Assembly: GCA_965213705.1 (NCBI GenBank)
Contig: OZ243913.1
Span: forward strand, 2,944,001-3,008,000
Direction: 5' to 3'
Length of the DNA: 64,000 nucleotides
Source of the DNA: Trueperaceae bacterium
GTDB taxonomy: Bacteria > Deinococcota > Deinococci > Deinococcales > Trueperaceae
Position 1 is the stretch's first letter; the number at the start of each line of letters is the position of its first letter. Positions 49,087 to 58,562 of the stretch are shown here, piece by piece. A model generated the notes under the pieces. The model worked only from the letters and a program-made list of their open reading frames with translations. It did not search any database and was not told where the DNA came from. A program made the translations under genes and the position numbers.

Positions 49087-49705
49087 CGGCGACCTCGACG
49101 CCTTTAGCGCGCAGGCGTTCGGGAAAACCGCTCGAGTCCTCACCGGTCACGCGCAGCACGAGTTCGCGGCGCTGGCCCGCCTTGACGCCCGCCGTGACGA
49201 CCGCGACGATGTTGGACGGCGGCCCCGCCTCGGCGACGCGCGCCAGGATACCGGGCTCGTCCGGCAGCACCACGGTCACTCGGGTGCCGCCCTCGCGCAG
49301 ACCCAACACCTCGACGAACGTTCCCAGCATGTCGGTGATGGTGAGAATCCCGACGACCGCGCCATCCTCCACCACGGGCAGACCCGACACCTTATGTTCT
49401 TCCATGATGAGGGCGGCGGTTTCGATGGGGTCGTCCGGCTCCACGCTTCTAACCGGCTTCTTCATGACGTCTTTGACGGTGAGTTTGCTCAGGAGGTAGT
49501 TGAGTTCGTAAACCGACAAGGTCGTGGCTTTGGACGGCGTCGCCTCTTTGAGGTCGCGGTCGGTGACGATGCCTGCAAGCTTGCCGTTTTCAACCACCGG
49601 CAATCGGCGGAAACCGCCTTCCCGCAAGACTTGCATCGCCTCCATCACCGGAGTTTTGGCGGTCACGGTTTGGGGGTCGGCGGTCATCCATTCTTTAACG
49701 AACAT
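49076..49705 (-). CDS. CBS-pair plus ACT domain protein (AcuB-like)
   Basis: Two CBS domains (RRLPVV..GIVTDRD; GLPVV..GILTITD) and PDEPGILARV ACT motif. Confidence 0.9.
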   Translation of the reverse strand: MFVKEWMTADPQTVTAKTPVMEAMQVLREGGFRRLPVVENGKLAGIVTDRDLKEATPSKATTLSVYELNYLLSKLTVKDVMKKPVRSVEPDDPIETAALIMEEHKVSGLPVVEDGAVVGILTITDMLGTFVEVLGLREGGTRVTVVLPDEPGILARVAEAGPPSNIVAVVTAGVKAGQRRELVLRVTGEDSSGFPERLRAKGVEVADVR

Positions 49706-50191
49706 GTTCGTCTCCTTTGGGGTTTTTAGGGAACGTCAGGCGCTACAGCATACCAGCTTGCGCCCAGCGCCGAAGCGCTGTAAACCGAGGCGCCGTGCTG
49801 AGGCGCTGTACCGAGACGACGTCCGCTAATGCAAACGAAAGGGTGCAGACGAGACCGTGTCCCAGGTGCCGTGCCGAGGTTGCCGTCTTGCCAGCCACTA
49901 TGCAAAAACTGTGTGAAGACCGTACAAAAAGCGGTCGAGCACCCCGAGCCAACCTGTTTACGGGTTCTGATTAAACCTCTTGCCCAAATCCAAGCGGACA
50001 ACGATGTTGAACGGCCGCGCTGTTGCCCGGCTGATGTCGCAAGAAGTCCGCTGAACCGGGGCCTCGAGAACTGCCGCCTCGTCCGACACTTTGTCGTCCG
50101 ACGTTTCGTCACCAACGCTTCGCCGTCCAAACCGGGGGTTGGGAAAGCTGGAAAGCACTGTAAAAGCGGGGGGCGCGGTAGGCTACGGGCT

Positions 50192-51760
50192 ATGAGTCAG
50201 GAATCTTTGTTGCTGGTCGTCGTTTTCGTCACCGGGTTTATGGTGGTTCGTTGGATGGTGCGGCTGGCCCCCCTCGTGAGCGAGTTGCCTCTAAAGACAC
50301 TGTCGGCGACGATTTTGGCGGGCGTGGTCGGTGCGGGCCACAGCGGGTTGGTGCCCTTTGCACCCTCCAGCACTCTTCTTTGGGTGACCCTCGTCGCGGC
50401 GCCGCTGTACGTGTTCGGTCCCCTTTTGCTCACAGGCTTGGCTCGAGCCCGGCTTTACAAGCTCGGCGGTCTGCTTGCCGACCTTTTGTACTGGACGCCG
50501 GAAGGCCGGAGCGCCGTCAAGCGGCTGCTCGTCCAAATCGCGTTGCAGCAGGGCGACGCGGGCGCGGCGCTCACTTTTTTGGGCGAGGACGCCGACCCGC
50601 TCATGCTGGCGCAGGCCTACGCGCTCACCGAGCGCTGGGACAAAGTGCTCTCGCTACGCGTCCCCGTGGCCGGGGACAACGCGTCGTTGGCGCTGGCCGC
50701 GCGGGTCCAGGCGTACGTTGCGCTGAACCGGCTCGACCAAGCCGAAGCCGAACTTTCCGAAATGCGCGAGCGTTGGCAGAAAACCCAGGGACCGGTGGGT
50801 TACCGCAGTCTTTTACTCAGCGAGGCGCGGGTGGCGGCCGAGCGCGGCGAGTTCGAAACAGTAAAGCGCAAGTTGGAAGACATCCCCTCGGGCGTTCCGG
50901 CTCATCACGTTTTCGGCGTAGCCGGGCGCGCCGCCGAGCGGGCCGGCGGGATAGACACCGCTGTGAACCTCTATAGCCAGGCTTACAGCGCCGCTCCGGC
51001 GGTGCAGCGGCAGGGCTACGCCGACAAGTTGAGTCACTACGGCGCGCCGCTGCCCGAACTCGTGCGCTCGACCAAGGCCTACGGCACGTACGGCCTGCTC
51101 GCCGCAATCGTGTCGGCCTACGTTTTGCAGGTTTGGCTTGACCAGCAGTACCCCTTACCCGCTTCGGCGGGCGGGCTTACCGTGAGTTCGGTGTTGGCGG
51201 CGTTTTTCCTCAACTTGCCGAGCATTCCCGGCGCGGACGCACCCTGGCGCTACCTTTCTTACGGTTTTTTACACGGCGGAATCGTCCATTTAGGCTTCAA
51301 CGCCTGGGTGCTCTTCGACATCGGGCGGCTCTACGAGCGGCGGCGCAGTTGGGGCAACTTGCTTGCCGCGTTCGTCGTCGGGACCGCCGGAGGCGCGTTG
51401 TTGACGGTGTTGGTAGGCTCGCCTGGCCCCCTAATTCTGGTCGGCGCGTCCGGGGGCATTTTGGGGTTGGCCGGGGCGCTCCTCGCCGACGTGTGGCGCG
51501 GGCAGAGCCAGCAAGACCGGCTTATGGCGCGGTCGCTTTTGCAGTGGATGGCTTTAATCGTGGTGTTTTCACTCGCCGTACAAGGCGTGTCGCTGTGGGG
51601 TCACGTCGGCGGCCTGGTCGGCGGCTTTTTGTGGGGCTTTGCGCGCCGCCTGTTGCCCCGCTCGAGCGCCGTCGACCTCGGCGCTGGCCTCCTCAGCATC
51701 GGGCTGATGGTTTACGCGCTGGCGCAGGGGGCAAGTTTGTTTGTGCGGTACGTTCTTTAG
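50192..51760 (+). CDS. Rhomboid intramembrane serine protease with TPR-like region
   Basis: WRYLSYGFLH, HLGFN, VGASGG and GHVGG motifs. Confidence 0.9.
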   Translation: MSQESLLLVVVFVTGFMVVRWMVRLAPLVSELPLKTLSATILAGVVGAGHSGLVPFAPSSTLLWVTLVAAPLYVFGPLLLTGLARARLYKLGGLLADLLYWTPEGRSAVKRLLVQIALQQGDAGAALTFLGEDADPLMLAQAYALTERWDKVLSLRVPVAGDNASLALAARVQAYVALNRLDQAEAELSEMRERWQKTQGPVGYRSLLLSEARVAAERGEFETVKRKLEDIPSGVPAHHVFGVAGRAAERAGGIDTAVNLYSQAYSAAPAVQRQGYADKLSHYGAPLPELVRSTKAYGTYGLLAAIVSAYVLQVWLDQQYPLPASAGGLTVSSVLAAFFLNLPSIPGADAPWRYLSYGFLHGGIVHLGFNAWVLFDIGRLYERRRSWGNLLAAFVVGTAGGALLTVLVGSPGPLILVGASGGILGLAGALLADVWRGQSQQDRLMARSLLQWMALIVVFSLAVQGVSLWGHVGGLVGGFLWGFARRLLPRSSAVDLGAGLLSIGLMVYALAQGASLFVRYVL

Positions 51761-51844
51761 ACTCTCTTTGACTTTGTGACGACACCTTGCAGACGACCGG
51801 CAGAGGTCGCCAAGGCCCTCGCCGGACCGAGACAGCTGCGCTTT

Positions 51845-52612
51845 TTACGCGCCCAACCGGTGACGAACCCACACGTTCGGCTCGACGTAAACCGCGTGGT
51901 TTTGTGTCAGCGACACGTAGACGGGCACCAGGGCTCCTGGGACCGCACAGGGACCGTCTTTGTTGAAGGGCAAGCCGGTCCAGGCTCGCCACGCTGCCAG
52001 CGAGCCCGCGACGACCATCGAGTGCGGCGCGACCTTGATGATTCTCCCGCCGGCCCGCACGTGCACCCGGAGCCAGGGGTCGACGGGCAGGCCGTCGTCA
52101 CGCAGCTCAAAGGCGTAGGCCTGGACGGACTTGTTCGGCTGTTGAGCTTTGTGGCTCGGGCGCACGGGGGCGAACAGGTCGCCGAAACCCAACCGCTTTG
52201 CGTTGGCGCACATGGCTTGCACCACCTGTACCGACAAACCGCGCCCTTGGGCTTGCGGACGCAGGGTTATCTCGAGCGCGGACACCGCGTTGGGTGTGCG
52301 CCCTAAAAAATGGTCCTGGTCGGCCCAACGCACGACCGTGTCCCAACCGCCGTCGGGCAACTCGGTACGCCCAAAAGCCTCGCCAAAACAAAAGGGGACG
52401 CTGAAAGCCCGGCCCAGCAAGGTGTTCGGGGTGTCGTCGTCGTAAGCGACGAGGGCAAACTCTTTAAAGCGTGCGAACCTGCCCTCGGCAAAGTATAGGT
52501 TGGCTAGCGGGTCCTCGAGCATAAACCGCGGCCAGGCCGCCGTGAGGTCGTCGTCCCACAGCTCCAGCTCGAGCGCGGGTTCGTCTGTTAAAGGAATAAC
52601 TTTGAAGGCCAC
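51845..52612 (-). CDS. GNAT-family N-acetyltransferase
   Basis: QGRGLS acetyl-CoA loop, APVRP and DPWLRVHVRAGG motifs. Confidence 0.85.
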   Translation of the reverse strand: MAFKVIPLTDEPALELELWDDDLTAAWPRFMLEDPLANLYFAEGRFARFKEFALVAYDDDTPNTLLGRAFSVPFCFGEAFGRTELPDGGWDTVVRWADQDHFLGRTPNAVSALEITLRPQAQGRGLSVQVVQAMCANAKRLGFGDLFAPVRPSHKAQQPNKSVQAYAFELRDDGLPVDPWLRVHVRAGGRIIKVAPHSMVVAGSLAAWRAWTGLPFNKDGPCAVPGALVPVYVSLTQNHAVYVEPNVWVRHRLGA

Positions 52613-52804
52613 GGCTCAAGCCTCGGGACAAGCGGCATCGGGGCGAACAGGTTTGTAACCCACGCCGAGTCTGAGCTGTCGGCGTGGCGCGGCGACGTCA
52701 AAGCACCTGCCGAACGCGGCCCGACGGGCCGAATTGAGAGAGCCCGGCGGGTTGAAACCTGACGGCTGCCGGCAACCGTTTAGGGCGTTCAGCCTGGCGA
52801 GCCC

Positions 52805-52879
52805 GGAAACTGTGCCTTTGTAAACTGTGTCTTCGGAAACTATGTCCTTAGAAACCATGTCTTCGGAAACCATGTTTTA
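52805..52879. repeat. Five copies of a 15-bp degenerate tandem repeat
   Basis: ggaaactgtgccttt gtaaactgtgtcttc ggaaactatgtcctt agaaaccatgtcttc ggaaaccatgtttta. Confidence 0.85.
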
Positions 52880-52960
52880 CCCTAAACCTTTTGGCAGGCA
52901 CCGTCAACGGCGGACGAATCCCCTTATGCCACCCCACCCGCCTTGTTACACTGCGCGTTC

Positions 52961-53653
52961 ATGCGCGTCTTCGCTATCGCCGACCCCCACCTGTCCCGCG
53001 CCGCCCCCAAACCGATGGACGTGTTCGGCGAGGGTTGGGCGGGACACCCCGAACTTTTCTTCCGGCGTTGGCGCGAGACGGTCTCGGACGGCGACTTAGT
53101 GCTCGTACCCGGTGACATTTCTTGGGCGATGAGTTTGGAGGACGCACTGCTCGACTTGCAAGACTTAGCAGCCCTGCCCGGTGACAAAGTCATTTTGCGC
53201 GGCAACCACGACTACTGGTGGCCCGCCGTCGGCAAGCTGCGCGCGGCGCTGCCGGCGGGGATGTTCGCCCTGCAAAACGACGCGCTCAAATGCGGTTCGG
53301 TGGTCGTCGCGGGGACGCGCGGCTGGACGAGTCCCGGTGCGTTCGACTTTGCTGAAAAAGACGAGAAGATTTATGCCCGCGAGACGGAGCGCTTGAAGCT
53401 TTCTTTGAAAGCCGCCGGCAAGCTGTCGGGTGAAAAGTTCGTCGTGATGCTCCACTACCCGCCGACGAACGCGCGGCTCGAGCCCTCGCCCCTGACCGAA
53501 CTGCTGCGCCACGCCGCGCCGGACGCGGTCGTTTACGGTCACGTTCACGGCGAACAGGCGGACGCTGCCGTACCCGACTTGGGCGACACCGCGGTTCACT
53601 TTGTGGCCGCCGACGCCCTCGGGTTTAAACCCAAGCTTTTGTTCGAACTCTAA
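52961..53653 (+). CDS. Metallophosphoesterase
   Basis: AIADPH, PGDISWA, RGNHDYWW and YGHVH motifs. Confidence 0.9.
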   Translation: MRVFAIADPHLSRAAPKPMDVFGEGWAGHPELFFRRWRETVSDGDLVLVPGDISWAMSLEDALLDLQDLAALPGDKVILRGNHDYWWPAVGKLRAALPAGMFALQNDALKCGSVVVAGTRGWTSPGAFDFAEKDEKIYARETERLKLSLKAAGKLSGEKFVVMLHYPPTNARLEPSPLTELLRHAAPDAVVYGHVHGEQADAAVPDLGDTAVHFVAADALGFKPKLLFEL

Positions 53654-54699
53654 AAGCGCAGGTTCACACCGGCCGTCAACACCGCGTCGACGTGGTTGAG
53701 CGGCGCAAAGGCGTAACTCGTCGTGAGTTGCCCGTACAGTCCGACGCGTTCCGACAACAAATATTCGAAACCGAAAGGAATTTCCAACAGCGCCGCGCTG
53801 CCTCCCGGGCGGAAGCTGAAACCGGGGCCTATGCCGCCGTACAGGGCGAGGTTTTCGTCAAAAGCGCGCAGGCGCACGGTGGCGTCGGCGCTGACACGCA
53901 GCTCGTTCGCGCCGCTGTTGAGGACAAACCGCGCCACGACACCGACCGGACCCAACAACGCGTCGTAGCCGACTTGCGCGCCGAAGTAAACGTCGCCCGA
54001 GGTCGACACGACGCCGGGAGCGAAGCCAACGTAAAAGGGCCGGGCGCTGTCGCTCAAAAAAGTGACGGCGGGCGTGTCGCTGCCGGCTGGTGTGCCTACG
54101 CTGCCCACCGACCCAGCCGGCGCACTGTTCTCACCGTCAGCCGCGGCCAGCGCCTCGGCAGCCGTCAGCGGCACCTCGTTCGGGTCGAGCGGGGTAGCCG
54201 GGAAAACCTGTCTGCCCAAGACGGTGTTCAGTTCGCTCTCGACACTGACCAAGCGCTCTTCCAGCGCCCGAACATACGCGACCGAGGCGGCTTCTTCCAG
54301 GCCGGCCTCGAGCCTCGCCACCCGGGCCCCCATGTCGCTCACCGGGCCGAGTTCCTCGGCGGCTTGCCGCAGCGAGTCCATAAACGCTTCGTCACCACTC
54401 AGGACGTTGACGAGACTGTCCAGGTAGTCGACGAGCCTGGCAGCGATAACGGCCGCTTCGTAGCGGGACAACCCCTTGGTTCCGCCGAACGTGCCGTCGG
54501 GGTAACCGGTGAAAATACCCTGCGCGGTCACCTGCCGGAGCGCCTCGTAGGCCCAGTGCGTCGGCGCGACGTCCGCGAAACGCTCCGGGGCGGCTTGAAC
54601 AGCGCCCACCGGCAACCTCTCTTGTCCGACTTGCCCGAGCCCAAAACCCATCCCTAACAAACCTGTTAGGAGCAGCCAGAAAAAACGAAATTGGGACAT
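53650..54699 (-). CDS. SLH-domain outer-membrane protein (SLH, coiled coil, C-terminal beta-barrel)
   Basis: FADVAPTHWAY and GYPDGTF...SRYEAA SLH motifs; heptad region; alternating strands ending AGVNLRF; GAGGAGG RBS. Confidence 0.85.
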   Translation of the reverse strand: MSQFRFFWLLLTGLLGMGFGLGQVGQERLPVGAVQAAPERFADVAPTHWAYEALRQVTAQGIFTGYPDGTFGGTKGLSRYEAAVIAARLVDYLDSLVNVLSGDEAFMDSLRQAAEELGPVSDMGARVARLEAGLEEAASVAYVRALEERLVSVESELNTVLGRQVFPATPLDPNEVPLTAAEALAAADGENSAPAGSVGSVGTPAGSDTPAVTFLSDSARPFYVGFAPGVVSTSGDVYFGAQVGYDALLGPVGVVARFVLNSGANELRVSADATVRLRAFDENLALYGGIGPGFSFRPGGSAALLEIPFGFEYLLSERVGLYGQLTTSYAFAPLNHVDAVLTAGVNLRF

Positions 54700-54802
54700 T
54701 GTTCTCCTCCTCACGCTATCCTACGCAGTTTTGGGGAGGAAGAATGAAAGAAAAGGAACTTAAACAGGCGCTCAGGTTCCTTTTTGCCCGGCTTGACCGG
54801 GT

Positions 54803-55195
54803 TTACAGGGCCAGGGGTTGGGGCTTCGACCTTTCCAGGGGTAACTTAGAGCCCTCATTGAGGCGGTGGTAGTGCGTGATGGCGTCTTGCCCTTTTTCCC
54901 AGCTCAAGTAAACTACCTCGGCCCCGACCTGGCTTGGGAAGTCCACGACGCCCGTGTCGACGTCGGTGAGAAAAATACCCAGACGGTCCAACTCGGCTTT
55001 CGTTTCGTGAACCGACCTCAGCAAAAAAGCTATTTCTTGCGCCTTGTTGCGCGCCGCGACACTGTGACCGCCGAGGCCTTTCAGGTCGTCGCGCAACCGG
55101 TAAGTGTCCTTGATAGCGCCCTGCATGTCACCGAGCAGTTCGTCCACTACGGGAATCAGGTTGTTGGCTTCCTCGACAGAAAACAGTTTGTACAT
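54803..55195 (-). CDS. DUF2203-like protein
   Basis: FSVEEAN, GVVDFP, YLSWEKG and ITHYH pattern. Confidence 0.75.
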   Translation of the reverse strand: MYKLFSVEEANNLIPVVDELLGDMQGAIKDTYRLRDDLKGLGGHSVAARNKAQEIAFLLRSVHETKAELDRLGIFLTDVDTGVVDFPSQVGAEVVYLSWEKGQDAITHYHRLNEGSKLPLERSKPQPLAL

Positions 55196-55418
55196 ACGCT
55201 TCCGTCCTTTCTCAGTATCCGAAGTTTACCCTGGCGGAGCGTCACCTTCCGTCAGCCTTTATACAAAATCTTAGTCTGGTAGACTAAAGTTTCGCCGTGA
55301 CGGCTGTGGCTTGACGCTTCAAAACCGGGTACGGCAAGACAAGCAGAGCAGCGGGTGTGGCAGCAGCGAGGGACTGGTGCGACGAGGGGCTGGGACGGCG
55401 AGGGGGTGCGTTCAGACG

Positions 55419-55446
55419 AAAAGACCGACTCTTTAAGAGTCGGTCT
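55419..55446 (-). terminator. Rho-independent terminator downstream of htrA
   Basis: Perfect 12-bp inverted repeat agaccgactctt/aagagtcggtct with a short minus-strand T-run. Confidence 0.75.
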
Positions 55447-55494
55447 GCAGGGACATTTTTGTTGGATTTGGGCGCGCAGGGCGCGCGGTCCTCG

Positions 55495-57288
55495 TCAGTT
55501 GTTGGGGGTCGCCCCGGCGAGCGTCGCGTCGAGCGTTTGCTCCTCGCCGTTGCGCCAGATGCGCAGTTCGACCGGGTCGCCCACCTGCTGCTGAGAGATG
55601 ACCTCCTGCAGGGCTTGGGCGCTGTTCACCTCTTCGCCGTTGACGGCCAAAATCACGTCGCCGCCCGCAGCGTACTGTTGCCCGCTGGACTCGAGGGCGA
55701 ACTGCCCGCCGCGCAGACCCGCCGCCGCCGCCGGGCTGTCCGGCGCGACCTCGGTGACTACGACGCCGGCCTCGGGCAAGTTGAGGCTGCGGCGCACCTC
55801 GTCGGGATAAGCGCCTAGGTCCTGAATGACGACACCGAGGCGCGGGCCGGGCGTGGTTTCTCCGCGCGGTTCGGTTTCTGCTTGAAGCGGTTGCTCGCTG
55901 CGCGGCACGACGCTCAGGGTCACCTCGACGGTTTGCTCCCGACCGTCGCGCAAGACGGTCAACTCCAGGGTGTCGCCTTCGCTCTTGCCCAGCACGATGT
56001 CGCGCAGGGTGTTGGCGTCCTCCAAAGTTTGGCCGTCCACCGCCGTAATCACGTCGCCGCCGACCTCGACGGACGTGCCGCCGATGTCGATGCTCGAGCT
56101 GCCGCCCTCGAGCCCGGCCTGGGCCGCGGGACTGCCGGCTTCGACCGTGCGCACCACCGCGCCGTTGTCGGGCAGGTTGAAGCTCTCGCGGACGCTCTCC
56201 GGGAAGGCTCGCACGTCGGCGAAAGTAATCCCGATGCGGGGTCGTGAGCGGATGTCGGCAAAACCGCCCTCTTGCAGTTCGGCCAGGTTTTGTTGCAACA
56301 GGTTGCTCGGCACCGCGAAACCGATGCCCAAGTTACCGCGCTCGCCGTTGAAGGCCGAGCCGGGGATAATCGCCGTGTTGATGCCGATGAGTTCGCCACG
56401 CGAGTTCAGCAGCGGGCCGCCCGAGTTGCCGGGGTTGATGGCGGCGTCGGTCTGGACGAGCGGGATGTTGGTCTCGCCCACGCCGGGCAGCGAGCGGCTC
56501 ACGCCCGACACGATGCCGGTCGTGACCGTCGAGGCGAAGCCGAAGGGGTTGCCGATGGCGATGGTTTTTTGACCGACTTTCAGGTCGTCCGAGTCGGCTA
56601 AGGGAATCGGCCGAACCTCCGCGGGCAGGTCGTCCGGGTTCTCGAGCTGGAGCAGCGCCAGGTCGTAGAGCACGTTGACGCCGACAACTCGTACCGGAAA
56701 CTCTTTGTCGCTGGACGGAAACGTGACCGTCAGGCGGGCGTTGTCGAGCGGCGTCACGCTGTCCTCTTGAAGGGCCGTTCTCGCCACGTGGTAGTTGGTG
56801 ATGATGTCACCCTGGTCGCTCACCACGAAACCGCTGCCCGAGCCTTGCTGCCGGAACTCGCCGAGGTCGTCTTGCTGGTCGCCTTGTTGGTCGTCTTGTG
56901 GCTGCGGCAGTTGAAAAAAGCGCCGAAACTCAGGCGGGATGCGGTCCGGCGAAAAACCTTGGCCGAACGGGTCGACGCGCTGACCACGCACCTCGACGTT
57001 CACCGCGACGACGCTCGGGCCGTAGGCGGCGATGACGTCGGTCGTGTTTTGCTCGTCTTGCAGCAACGCCTGGGCCTCGTCGAGCCGCGCGACGCTCTGC
57101 GAGGCGTCCGGTTGAGCCGTTTCCTGCGGGGTCTGCTGCGCGAGCTGCCCCGCGTCCTGGGTCGCTGAGTCTTGGGCCGAGTCTTGCGCTTGCACCCCGT
57201 GTGGCAACAGCTGCGCCCGGTCGAGCAGGCCGAAACCGCCGACCGCGAGCAGGGCTGTTGCCACCAACGCTAAAACGCTTCTTTTCAT
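55495..57288 (-). CDS. htrA: HtrA/DegP-family serine protease with two PDZ domains
   Basis: GSGSGF, TNYHV, DLALL and INPGNSGGPL; two PDZ domains; signal peptide from ATG 57288. Confidence 0.93.
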   Translation of the reverse strand: MKRSVLALVATALLAVGGFGLLDRAQLLPHGVQAQDSAQDSATQDAGQLAQQTPQETAQPDASQSVARLDEAQALLQDEQNTTDVIAAYGPSVVAVNVEVRGQRVDPFGQGFSPDRIPPEFRRFFQLPQPQDDQQGDQQDDLGEFRQQGSGSGFVVSDQGDIITNYHVARTALQEDSVTPLDNARLTVTFPSSDKEFPVRVVGVNVLYDLALLQLENPDDLPAEVRPIPLADSDDLKVGQKTIAIGNPFGFASTVTTGIVSGVSRSLPGVGETNIPLVQTDAAINPGNSGGPLLNSRGELIGINTAIIPGSAFNGERGNLGIGFAVPSNLLQQNLAELQEGGFADIRSRPRIGITFADVRAFPESVRESFNLPDNGAVVRTVEAGSPAAQAGLEGGSSSIDIGGTSVEVGGDVITAVDGQTLEDANTLRDIVLGKSEGDTLELTVLRDGREQTVEVTLSVVPRSEQPLQAETEPRGETTPGPRLGVVIQDLGAYPDEVRRSLNLPEAGVVVTEVAPDSPAAAAGLRGGQFALESSGQQYAAGGDVILAVNGEEVNSAQALQEVISQQQVGDPVELRIWRNGEEQTLDATLAGATPNN

Positions 57289-57440
57289 ACAGGTGATGCT
57301 CCGTTCCGTGCGAAAAATTCTATGCGAAAAATCGCACAAGTTCTCATAAAAGGATAGTCGCCGCAAGTGAGACGGCTTGCCTAACGAGATTAAGAACGTG
57401 AGAGACACAGTTTGTAACCGACGATACAGATGTGAAAACG

Positions 57441-58379
57441 CTAAGAACTCGCGGGCTCTCCCACCTTGTTCAAAAGCAACACGAGCCCGACGCCTGCCAG
57501 CAACAGCGCGAAAGAGGCAACCGTCAGCCAGCTTAACCGTCCGTTCATAAAAAGCTGCGGCCAGGTGTTTGTGCCGACCAAAGTGCTTGCATCCAGACCG
57601 TCTACGTTTTTCCAGGGCCAGATTTTGCGCAGGCTGCCGAGCATAAAACCGGTGAGCAAGGCGATGGTGAGGGTGTAATAACGGGCGAACAACCAGCCGA
57701 GCAGACGAACGAAACTCAGCAGCCCGACGAGCGCGCCCAGGCCGAACAGCGCGACGGCGACCAGGTCGAAGTGGCTGACGGCCTCCAGCACGTAGACGTA
57801 CTTGCCCAACAGCAGCAAGATAAACGCGCCCGAAATACCGGGCAACACCATCGCGCAAATCGCCAGGGCACCGCTCAAGAACAAAAACCAGGGCGAGTTC
57901 GGCGTCGTGGTCGGGCTCAAGCCGACGAGCACGAACGCGCCCACGGCGCTTACAACGAGCGCGGCGAGCGGGACAAAATTCCAGCGCTGTACCCGCCGCC
58001 CCACCACGAACACCGAAGCCAAAATGAGGCCGAAAAAAAGGCTGTAAAGAAGGGTTTGCTGGGTTTCCAACAGCCAGGTAATAAGGTGTGCGAACACCAG
58101 CACCGCGGTGGCGATGCCTGCAACCAGCGCGACCAGAAAACGGCCGTTGACCGCTTCAAACGCGGCGGCTATCTTAAAACCGCGCAGCGCCTTCCAAAAC
58201 GCGGCCCCGCTCACCTGTTGCAGGCTCAAAATCAGGGTTTCGTAAATGCCCAGGATGAGCGCCATCGTCCCGCCGGACACGCCCGGAACGACGTCGGCCG
58301 AGCCCATGACGAGGCCCTTGAGGTAAACCACAAGGCTGTCTTTCAGGGTTGGAGGACGGGGTGAGGTCGGCGCGCTCAT
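57441..58379 (-). CDS. DUF368 family membrane protein (undecaprenyl-phosphate translocase-like)
   Basis: ADVVPGVSGGT and AMVLPGISG repeated motifs. Confidence 0.9.
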   Translation of the reverse strand: MSAPTSPRPPTLKDSLVVYLKGLVMGSADVVPGVSGGTMALILGIYETLILSLQQVSGAAFWKALRGFKIAAAFEAVNGRFLVALVAGIATAVLVFAHLITWLLETQQTLLYSLFFGLILASVFVVGRRVQRWNFVPLAALVVSAVGAFVLVGLSPTTTPNSPWFLFLSGALAICAMVLPGISGAFILLLLGKYVYVLEAVSHFDLVAVALFGLGALVGLLSFVRLLGWLFARYYTLTIALLTGFMLGSLRKIWPWKNVDGLDASTLVGTNTWPQLFMNGRLSWLTVASFALLLAGVGLVLLLNKVGEPASS

Positions 58380-58562
58380 AGCTCGAGCCCCGTTGTACCA
58401 TTCCCAGGCTCCGCGCGACGTGAACTTCAACCCACAGACGCTCCTACCGTGAGACCCGCAGCACCCCGCGCAACCCGACCACACCGAGCCGACCCCTCGC
58501 CGAACGACCCTACCGAGCAAGGACGAGCAAAGACCGGGTGCCAAAGGTGCTAGGGTAACAGC

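Noticed and set aside
55495..57858. Long N-terminal extensions in the ORF track (htrA, rhomboid, cdaR, MFS, kinase, phosphoesterase)
   Set aside because: The extensions overlap neighbours or are non-homologous; downstream starts have an SD or -10 element and, where expected, a signal peptide.
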